The translations under genes were made by a program, and so were the position numbers. Source: Octopus sinensis (taxonomy: Eukaryota). From it: a stretch of DNA of 64,000 bases. Positions 28,032-38,477 of this stretch are shown in pieces. The stretch covers positions 111,414,001 to 111,478,000 of the forward strand of contig NC_043001.1 in assembly GCF_006345805.1 (NCBI RefSeq). The letters run 5' to 3'. The notes below the pieces were generated by a model. It searched no databases, had not been told where the DNA came from, and saw only the letters and a list, made by a program, of their open reading frames with translations. Each line of letters opens with the position of its first letter. Within the stretch, counting starts at the first letter, position 1.

Positions 28032-29385
28032 GTGTGTGTGTGTATATATATATATATATATTATATATATATATGTATGTGTGTGTATATGTGTATTATA
28101 TTGTATATATTATGTATAGATATACGTATATGTATATGTTATGATGTGTGTGTATATGTAATATATGTGTATATATATGAGTGTACGCGAGTATGTCGAT
28201 GTATATGTAGGTATGTGAGTTATGTGTATGTGCATGTATGTGAGTGTAGATACAAATTGTAGATGTGTATATATATGTAAGTGTATTATAATGTATATAT
28301 GTATATGTATGTGTGTGTATATATATATATAGATATATATATATATATATGTATATGCGAGTATGTAGAGATATAAGTATGTGCATGTTTATATATGTGT
28401 GTATATATATGTATAGGTATGTGTATGTGTATGTATGTATATTATATATGTGTGTGTGTATGTATGCATAATGTATGTATTTATGTATATGTGTATGTAT
28501 ATATGTGTGTAGTGTGTGTATATATGTAATGTACGTGTGTGTGCTGTATGAGTATGTATGTATGTTTGCACACATGTATATGTGTGTGTATGTGTGTATA
28601 TATATATATATTAATATATATATATATGTATATATATATATATGTATGTATATATATATATGTATGTATATATATATATATGTGTATATGTGGTGTGTGT
28701 GTATGTGTGTGTAATATATGTGTGTATGTGTGTGTGTATATATGTGTGTATGTGTATGTATGTATGTATATATATGCTTGTGTATGTGTATGTGTATATG
28801 TACATATACGCGTACGCTCGTGTTTTATGTATATGTAGGTACGTAGAGTTATCTATGTGTGTAATATATTTGTACATGTTGAAGTAGTATATATATATAT
28901 GTGTATGTGTGTGTGTGTATATATATATGTGTTCTATGTATATGTATATATATGTGTATATATGTATGTATATATATATTATATATATATATATATATAT
29001 GTGTGTTGTTTTATATGTATGTATCCGTCTATATAATAGGTAACTGCACGTACATATACTTAATATTTATTATTTATTTTTTGAGTATGCATGTATGAAT
29101 AACTGCGCGTATATATATTTTACTATTTACTTATTTTTTGAGTATGCATGTAAGTATGAATATAAGGAGGCGCGTGTGTGTGTGTGTATGTGTAAGCATA
29201 GATATATGTATACTTTTACGCATGTGTGTACTTATGTGTATATATTGATGCGCGCGTGTGTGTGTGTATGGGTACGCATGTACATGTGTATGTGCGTGTA
29301 TGTGTATATGAATATGTGTGTATGTGTGTGCGTATATTTGTAGATGTATGTATGTATATGTATGTGTGTGTGTGAATGTATATAT

Positions 29386-29416
<31 letters not shown>

Positions 29417-29644
29417 GCGCGTATATATATGTATGTATCTGGGTGTGTGCATGTGTATAAATGTATGTATGTATGGATGTATGGATGTATGTATGTATGT
29501 ATACGTATGTATGTGTATGTGTGTATATGTATGTATGTGTATGTGTGTATATATATGTATATGTGTGTATGTGTGTATATATGTGTATATGTGTATATAT
29601 ATATATATGTGTATATATATGTGAATATATATATATATATATAT

Positions 29645-30055
29645 GTTAATAAAATAGAACATATGCATATATATAAACATATATGTACGTACCTACCTCT
29701 ACATGTGCATATACACGCATATATGTGTACAGGACACCAAAAAGACGTCGAACACATAGAGAGACGAAAAACATAGACACAAACCAAGGAACAGGACAAG
29801 CAAAAAAGAAAAAAAGAGATACAGGACAATAAGCACAACGAAAAATCCCTTCTTCAGTCGCTAAGGTTTCATATACTCTACGTTTCGAAGGATAAACGCG
29901 ACGTATACTTCGAAGAAACTTCTTCCTGCGAAAAGCAAATCAATTAAAATTCTGAGATCTTTTCGCAGAGGGGTAAAAAATGGTAAAAAAAGCAAGACGG
30001 TAACGACAGTACAAACATATAAACAGTAAAAAAAAAATTATATATAAACAGTTGA
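29645..30055. mobile_element. Non-microsatellite insert in the right arm, probably another Penelope-type tail fragment
   Basis: Absent from the left arm; contains cttcttcag...ctacgtttcgaagg, resembling PLE terminal-repeat motifs. Confidence 0.4.
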
Positions 30056-31133
30056 AAAATAAATATATATATATATATATATACATGTATGTATTTGTAT
30101 GTAGGTGTATATGTATGTGTGTGTATTTATATTTATTGGTGTATATGTATAGACTAGCCTTCTAAGAGTATAGACATGAATCTGTAGGTACGCGTACGTA
30201 TGTGTATATACGTGAATGTATGTAGATGTATGTATGTATGAATATAACGCGTGCGTGCGTGTATGTGTATGAGTGTACGAATGAGTGAGTGTACGTGCTA
30301 AAGAGTGTGCGTGAGTGAATGAGTGCTTGTTTTCCAGTAGACAGATATATGGACTGGCTGTCATAGCCAAGATGTTTGTGACCAAGCGGCCAAAGATAAC
30401 AAAAGTAATAAACGAAGATAATAAAATTAAAATTAGGGAATGGGTCTGTATTTGTATGTGTATATATATATATATGTGTGTACGTGCAGGTATGCATAGG
30501 TACACATATGTATATATATATATATATATGTATGTATATGTATGTGTGTGTATGTATATATGTGTGTATGTGTATATATGTGTATATAGGGACTAGTGTG
30601 CTGTGTGTGCATGTGTGTGTGTGGATATGTGTGTGTATGCGTGTATGTGAGTATGTGTGTGTATGTGTATATATATTTTTCTGTGTGTATATGTATGTGT
30701 GGTCGTGTGTGTATATATACATGTGTGTATACGTGTATTCATGTGAGTGTGTGTATGTATACATATATGTGTATGTGTAGATATGTATATGTATGTGTAA
30801 GTGTATATATATGTATATATATGTGTGTGTATGTATATGTATATATGTTTGTATGTGTGTGTATATATGTATACATATGTGCATAGGTACAAGTGAGAAT
30901 CTCCTTATTTACCTAACACTCTACTCCCCCATTTTTTCTATATATATATTTTTTTATATATATTTTTTTATGTTTTTATTTTTTTATTTATTCTTCTATC
31001 TAATTTAACACTGACTCCCTGACCACTCCCCCAAGTATGATATTTTGCGCTATGCCTACCCCCAAAAAGTCCCCCACCAACACCCCTTTAAACCTGCCTA
31101 AATGTATAAATGCCAATACAATTCTTGTTAACT

Positions 31134-31184
31134 AGCTTCCTGAAGATTTCTCTTGAATGAAACAGTTCTAGTCCTGTAGAAGCT
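31134..31184 (+). ncRNA. Type I hammerhead ribozyme motif
   Basis: AGCTTC(31134)-CTGAAGA(31140)-tTTCtcttGAAt-GAAA(31159)-CAGttctagtcCTG-TA(31178)-GAAGCT. Confidence 0.8.
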
Positions 31185-31427
31185 CTTTCTATATAATAAA
31201 TATATATATATTTATATATATATATGTATATATGTATGTATATATATAAGTATATGCATATGTAGAAAACATATACAAAAGAATATATATCTTTACATAC
31301 ATATATATATATGTGTGTGTATGTGTGAGTGAGTGTATGTATATATGTGTGTGTGTGTGTGTGTTTGTGTGTAATTGAATAATCATTATACAGAAAATAC
31401 CTGATTTTCGATAAAATGATACTATAC

Positions 31428-31531
31428 CTGAACATAACTAGAAACAATGTGACATCCACATTCTCGTATATATGAACGCTCAGCCATGAATGAGCGTAAA
31501 ATGTATCTGCAAGCACGTCTATGTTGTTCTC
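31428..31531 (-). CDS. Candidate host-gene exon ENNIDVLADTFYAHSWLSVHIYENVDVTLFLVMF(R)
   Basis: Acceptor cctttttttattcgttacag, donor CAG|GTATAG, 104 nt; two open frames, one phase-compatible with 24230-24288. Confidence 0.35.
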
Positions 31532-32079
31532 CTGTAACGAATAAAAAAAAGGCATATCACCGATGTAGGTGACCTTTTACATAGATTCTCGTTTTATTCC
31601 TTACGAATTCATTTTCGATGCAATTTGTGAAACTATTATACTTTATAACAATACTATGTTAATTAGGAACTGAACTCCCTTTGTTCAAAGTTAGAGAACC
31701 TTTCAAAGAACACATCTTTACATTGTATACGGGATCAATACAATTGAATATGTGTTCGAATATGTCAGTAAAATTGCTGCAGAGTAAAGTAAAATAAATA
31801 GGTGTACTTGCTGGGTTAGCTGGAAGTAAAACCAGACATATTTCTTCTTTTATTCTAATTGAAAGAAAAAATAAGATTACTAAACTCATTCATTAGAAAG
31901 CGTCTAAAAGTAGCGCGAAGCTTTGAAACGAAACTGCTTACAAGCAATTTTAACACCTGATTAAAAGGTGTTTTAATTTAGATAAATTCCTAATAATATG
32001 CGGAAAAATACATGGTAAATAATAAGCTTTTGAATCCTCTATAAAAATATCGTGTTTGTAAAGAAATAGTAAATCATCG

Positions 32080-32197
32080 TGGAGTCGAAATGGTCCAATG
32101 GTTAGGATGGCGGACTCGCGATCGTAGGATCGCGGTTTCGATTCCCAGAACGGGCGTTGTGAGATTTTATAGCTCGAAAACACCTAAAAGCTCCATG
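32080..32197 (+). mobile_element. tRNA-derived SINE head (54768 family), 3'-truncated
   Basis: gtggagtcgaaatggtccaatggttaggatggcggactcgcgatcgtaggatcgcggtttcgattcccagaacgggcg. Confidence 0.8.
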
Positions 32198-32834
32198 ATG
32201 ATTGGAGTAAACCAAAATCTTTAGGTCACCTTAGTTTTACATCTTAATTCATGGGGGTGTATGTAGTACTTTGGCTGTCAAGAAGAAAATACAATACTCC
32301 TATTAGAATACGAACCTGCAATCGCTCGAATAGAAAACAGCAGTCGTGCAAATTTCTATCCGCTGACCTATTTAGAAAACCACTAGGTCAGTAATGAAAT
32401 TCCAATCTCCTTTTATCTGTAATGCATCAGGGAAATGTGTCTTATTCTAAAAGTATATCATATCTTAACTCAACCGGACATAATATTCGGAAGACATAAA
32501 AATTTCTACTAATATGTGATAACAAAGGCTATTATGCCATGCATAATTAATACTCTAGTAAAATTGTTATGCGACATACTGTAATAGGATTTCATAATAT
32601 GGTAGCGCATTATACAATAATATGCCATGTTTTAGAAATATTTTATATTCAAGTAACATATTTTGTTATATTAACCCATCAAAAATTTTAGTAATATAGT
32701 ATAATGTTTTAACATCGTACTAGAAGTACTAGAAGCAGACCTAATCAACAGTATTCATATTTGAAAAATATCATTCCAGCATGAAATCGCATTCTCTTCC
32801 GCATTTTCTGTGTATGCAGCTCTCATATGATATT

Positions 32835-33335
32835 TTCTACAATAGGCACAAGGCCCAAAATTTGGTGGCAGGAGGCCAGTCGGTTAAATGACCCCAGTAT
32901 GTAACTGGTACTTAATTTACCGATTCCGAAAGGATCAAAGGCAAAAATCGACCTCGGCGGAATATGAACTCATAACGTAAAGACAGACGAAATACATCGA
33001 CCCCAGTGCGTAACTGGTATTTTATTTATCGACCCCGAAAGGATGAAAGCAAAGTCGACCTCGGCGGAATTTGAACTCAAAACGTAACAGCAGACGAAAT
33101 ACCTATTTCTTTACCACACACAAGGGGCTAAACACAGAAGGGACAAACAAGGACAGACAAACGGATTAAATCGATTATATTGACCCCAGTGCGTAACCGG
33201 TACTTATTTAATCGACCCCGAAAGGATGAAAGGCGAAGTCAACCTCGGCAGAATTTGAACTCTGAACGTAGCGGCAGACAAAATACCGTTAAGCATTTCG
33301 CTCAACATTGTAACGATTCTTCTAGGTCGCTGCCT
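32835..33335 (-). mobile_element. Deu/Nin-domain SINE trimer
   Basis: Three tandem units. Confidence 0.88.
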
Positions 33336-33613
33336 CCTAGTCCCCATATGTATATATAATACAATATAATATATCATACAATGATAATATTTATTTTGGT
33401 AATGCATCATAGAATCCTTATATGACTGTGTAGATAGTAATGAGATAAGACATCCCATTGTAGTTATATATCCTGTTAGGTATACTTGTAGAATTCTAGT
33501 AATACAGTAAGGCAATACATACTAATATTGTAACTCTGAATTTACATTCATTCTTTCATGAGCACCAATAAAACATGGAGTCAATTAAGTTGAAAATATG
33601 CCAATCCACAAAA

Positions 33614-34800
33614 TATGAAATCATGTAGGAAATTCAGAAATCCCGATAGTAAAACGAAATATATAATATAAATATGTTTTTGCTTTATATGGTATATACA
33701 CTGTATTGGTCGTTAATCTTGATTTTGTCATTTTTCTGGAAATATTACATATTTATTTCCTAACCTGCACGGCTTTCTTTAGAACACACAGGATATTCTG
33801 TGTGTAAGCAGAAGTTCTAAGATGACCGAATGTGAAAAATGCATTTCTGGTGAGAGGTGTCATCAATTTTAACCCCCGCCACACATATTCCCGTAAGATA
33901 TGTTATCTGTTCTTTATAACTTGTATATTACTTTAAGATTCTGATCTTTAGCTGGTTCTCTAAATGTTTACGAGGCAAAATTTGATCTACGAAATCTCTC
34001 TTTTTAATAATGTATTCATTCCTTGTACAAACACATGTGGTGAATGAACTAAGATACATGCAACTAATCCAGCTTTATCTAAGAATTTTCTCTCATCCAA
34101 AACTATTATCTTGAAATGCTTTCTATGAAACTATGACATCACTGACCAAAGTTAAATGAAGCTGCATTTAGAATTACATGCCATTTATACAACAACCACA
34201 CAATAATTCGAGAGTATTCTGTCAAACAACACATCCGACCCGTGACATTTTCTTGAGGTGTCAAATTATCTTCTAAAATATCAATTGACATAGGGTAGCA
34301 GGTCGAGCCTACAACATCCCACACTCTTGATGAAATAGGTCACATATTGATAGCGCTCGCTGAAAGCCGCTATACATCTATTACCACTTCAATTAACGTT
34401 CCAGAGCTCCAGACCATTTTACCCTAGATCAAATTTTGCATCGTAAACATTTAGAGAACCAGCTAAAGATCAGAATCTTAAAGTAATATACAATTTATAA
34501 AGGACAGATAACATATCTTACGAGAATATGTGAGGCGGGGGTTAAAATTGATAACACCTCTCACCAGAAATGCATTTTTCTCATTCGGTCATCTTAGAAC
34601 TTCTGCTTACACACAGAGTATCCTGGGTGTTCTAAAGAAAGCCGTGCAGGTTAGAAAATAAATATGTAATATTTCCTGAAAAATGACAAAATCAAGATTA
34701 ACGACTAATACAGTGTATATACCATATAAAGCAAAAACATATTTATATTATATATTACGTTTTACTATCGTGATTTCTGAATTTCCTACTTGATTTCATA
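33614..34800. repeat. 376-bp inverted repeat pair (33614-33989, 34425-34800) with 435-bp spacer; foldback/MITE-like
   Basis: Arms are colinear reverse complements with about 15 mismatches counted by eye and no indels; outer ends are TA. Confidence 0.92.
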
Positions 34801-34849
34801 CGAATGAAACTATACAAGACATAAATTTGGTATAATTCCAGATATATCA

Positions 34850-35142
34850 GTTTTTTTCCAGTCATTTGACTGCGGCCATGCTGGAGCACCACCTTTAGTC
34901 GAGCAAATCGACCCCAGGGCTTATTCTTTGTAAGCCTAGTACTTATTCTATCGGTCTCTTTTGCCGAACCGCTAAGTTACGAGGACGTAAACACACCAGC
35001 ATTGGTTGTCAAACGATTTTGGGGGAACAAATACAGACATACCAACATAAATGCATACACACATACACATACACACAAACACTGAACTCGGAACCATGTG
35101 GTTGGTAAGCAAGCTACTTACCACACAGACGCTCCTGCGCCT
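34850..35142 (-). mobile_element. CORE-SINE (OR2-like) with internal deletion
   Basis: tRNA head aggcgcaggagcgtctgtgtggtaag and tail gctccagcatggccgcagtcaaatgac. Confidence 0.85.
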
Positions 35143-35179
35143 TGGAATATTACTAGTACAATTATTATTATTATTATTA

Positions 35180-35741
35180 CTTTTTTTTTCTTCTTTAAAA
35201 TTTGCTTCCATTTCTTGCCAAGTGTCTTCCCGACTCCTAGGGCAAAGAAACTCATAGTATACATTGGTAGGCCATTAAACTAAACTCAATAGTTCGTTCA
35301 TTTAAATTTTTTTTTTCAGTTAAATTAAAATACATGGGTAGTAATAATTCTCACATCGACAATGCTCTTCTCAATACGTGTGATGTACCAGTTAAGACAA
35401 TCTTTTGCACTTCTTGCAGGGATGGTAAGCCAGGAATCATCCTCATATAATTTTCGGTTCCCTTCTTGATCATTCCTAGTGCTCCTACGATCACTGGTAT
35501 TGTAACCGCCTTGAGACGCCACATTTTCTCAATTTCAATGAGTAGGTCTTTATATTTTCTGAGCTTGTCAAACTCTTTCGCTGAGATATTATGATCACAG
35601 GGGATGCTTATGTCGATCAATAAGCAAACTTTATTGTTTTGGTCTTTCACAACAATATCTGGTTTATTGGCCTTGATGGTTCGATCTGTATGTACTGGAA
35701 AGTCCCACAGAATCGTTACATTGGGTCCCACAGAATCGTTA
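35180..35741 (-). mobile_element. 5'-truncated R4/Dong-clade non-LTR element (restriction-like endonuclease) within (TAA)n
   Basis: ILWDFPVHTDRTIKANKPDIVV..CLLIDISIP..KYKDL..IPVIVGALG; (TAA)n on both sides. Confidence 0.88.
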
Positions 35742-35792
<51 letters not shown>

Positions 35793-35821
35793 CATTATTA
35801 TTATTATTATCGTTTATGGTG

Positions 35822-36040
35822 AAGGCGGCCAGCTGGCTGAATCGTTAGCTCGCCGGGCGACATGCTTTGTGGTATTTCGCCTGTCTACATGTTCTGAGTC
35901 CAAATTCCGCCGAGGTTGACTTTGCTTCTCATCCCTTTGGGGTCGCTAAATTAAGTACCAGTCAAATACTAGGGTCAATGTAATTGACTTCACCCCATCC
36001 CCACAAATTCCAGGCCTTGTGCCTCTAGTAGAAAGGATTA
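35822..36040 (+). mobile_element. Deu/Nin-domain SINE, full length
   Basis: Head aaggcggccagctggctgaatcgttag; tail ccttgtgcctctagtagaaaggattatt. Confidence 0.85.
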
Positions 36041-37148
36041 TTATTGTTTATGGTAGACGCACTTCATGGCGGATCCCAAATATTTGTTAAACTATGTAGA
36101 AATTTTTTTTACTGTTCTAAATTTCATTAAAACTTTAAACGAGGACACTTACTCCACGGTGTGATGAGAGGAACTGCCAATTTGTACAGTTGGAGGAACG
36201 AGTTTTGTAGAAAACTATTTGAATTCGTCCGTTTCGCTTTTTTCTCTGTGTAAATTATTGCAGGATTAACAAAATGTAAACTACTCCGCTTTGCGAGCAG
36301 AGAATCTACTTCAAAATTGCATGAACGTGCATGATTTAGCCCATACTTGGCGCTATAACCACCAATATTTCCCAGAAATATCTCAGAAATCTATTTCTTA
36401 GCAAAATCTCATGCAGTTTTACAAACAATACTTTTTAGGCATATAAATTCATATAATGCTACGTGGACTAACTTTGTAAAAACAGTGAGACTATAAATTA
36501 AAATAAGAACATTATGAACTTGATAAGGAATGACAAACTTCTGCAGATCGGAGATTTATATTTCAGTTTGTCTACATAAAATATTACTTTATTTATCTAA
36601 TCTTCTGTTGTACAGTTCTTTCATAGATTCTGCATAAAATCCATGTTAGATGTATTCACAGAAATGTTTATACTTCAAATTCCAAGCATAGCTTAAATCT
36701 GAACTTCTTGACGTATATATATATATGTATATATATATATACACTAAGAGCAAATAAACAGAAAGTATTAGAATTCTGTAAAATTTCAACTTCATATTTT
36801 TAATTCGCGATTTATAAATTCATTGCTGCAATTGTAAACAACACACTTAAATTTACGTTTCTTATATTTTCTTTGAAGCGGAAGGAACTACTGTAGGTTC
36901 TTTAACGCATTCCAGTTCACAGAAATTCTATTGTTTCCATTTACAATGTTTTTAAATGTTAGGATACATGATATCATACAAATTTATATCTGAAATATAT
37001 TCAAATACTTTGTTCATTGACACTAAGCTTGGTTTTATGTAAAAAGGGTCACATCTCGAATATCAGGTCTTTGAAAGCATTCGTGGCTTTTGTTTAAGAG
37101 CAGAAAATCTTCTTACCACTTCATGCATTGATATACATATACACATGC

Positions 37149-37220
<72 letters not shown>

Positions 37221-37350
37221 ATATATATATATATATGTATACGCATATACATATAAATGTATGTAGGTGTACGTATATATATATATATATAGATATATAT
37301 ATATGTATACGCATATACATATAAATGTATGTAGGTGTACGTATATATAT

Positions 37351-37406
<56 letters not shown>

Positions 37407-37929
37407 TATGCATATAATATTCACACGCGCGCTTGCTAGCGCTACTGATACACTGCACCTGCTCTCAAGCATACACCAATCATATCGACTTCAAAATTGA
37501 TAAATATTGTTCCTTCAGTCACACGCAAATACACACACACACACACACACACACAAACTCACACACATACACACACACACCTATGTACATACCCATGTAC
37601 ATAGGCATTCATCTTCTGACGTCAAATTATAGATAACGGTTTTCTAAGAACGTAACTTGGTTGTACAATCGAAAAGCAAGAACGTTAAGAGTAGGCAAAC
37701 TGTGCCGACATACGCTAGCCGATAAAGTTTTGTTTATCTGTCAGATGTACTCCATATGATTTCTGAGTGTCCATATAAGACTTTGTGGGTCCACGAAAGA
37801 AAATACTAAATTGGAGATCCCCAATAGCATTTTAAGGGCACCTGTAAAAATTTGGCTTTCGTGTATGTATTGGTATATATTGTAAAAAAAAATAAACAGC
37901 TAGGTTTCTTTCTCTAACATTTTATATAG

Positions 37930-38030
37930 TTTATATGTGTCTGTGTTTGTGTCCCCCAACATCGCAGACGCTCGACTAAAGGCGGTGCCCCAACATGGCC
38001 ACAGTCAAATGACTGAAACAAGCAATTAGA
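37930..38030 (+). mobile_element. CORE-SINE (OR2-like) 3' tail fragment
   Basis: cgactaaaggcggtgccccaacatggccacagtcaaatgactgaaac. Confidence 0.75.
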
Positions 38031-38122
38031 GTATATCTTAAAACAGCTGCCAGACGCACAAGCCATTATGCGGTTTTCTCTTATGTTGAATGAACAATTC
38101 TAAAGTGAAAATAAATAACATA

Positions 38123-38177
<55 letters not shown>

Positions 38178-38310
38178 AAAATAGTAAAGAGTGAAAAAAC
38201 GACAGAAGGCTTAAATGTTAAAAAATATATATATTTGCGTCAAAATGTCTGGAGAATATTGGAAAAATGTTTTTTCCTTTCCTTAAAATGACATAATTTT
38301 ATACTTTTTA

Positions 38311-38349
38311 AAGAAATACCGGTTTCGCAGTTAGCTCTTCAAATTTCTT
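38311..38349 (-). ncRNA. Degenerate minimal hammerhead-like motif in Penelope tail (also 42283-42321 minus, 43240-43281 plus)
   Basis: AAGAAA-t-TTGAAGA-GCtaactGC-GAAA-CCGG-TA-TTTCTT; C3U core variant with palindromic CCGG loop. Confidence 0.4.
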
Positions 38350-38477
38350 GTGACTTAATGTTTATTTTTAATAACGTAATCCTTGTATTTTTGCTACGGA
38401 GAGTTCTAAATAAGGGAAAGTAGTGAGTGATTTCTTCCGGTGTAAGGGAGATAATCGCTTAAAATTTTTTTTTTCCT

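Larger units (their letters stand above)
24545..31200. mobile_element. Penelope-derived inverted duplication: arms ~24630-26830 and ~28500-31200, central hairpin at 27859
   Basis: Unique islands match as reverse complements (24640-24960/30880-31200, 25240-25380/30315-30450, 25520/30150, 26220/29025, 26445/28815); ends carry the same retroelement tail. Confidence 0.9.

Noticed and set aside
34150-34424. Spacer frame resembling a nicotinic/chemotactile receptor N-terminus (HIRPVTFS*GVKLSSKISIDIG*QVEPTT)
   Set aside because: Two stops, wrong spacing and few identities; likely chance
37745-37838. Additional upstream minus-strand exon (ALKMLLGISNLVFSFVDPQSLIWTLRNHM)
   Set aside because: Weak donor and needs a weak-acceptor linker exon to chain; too speculative
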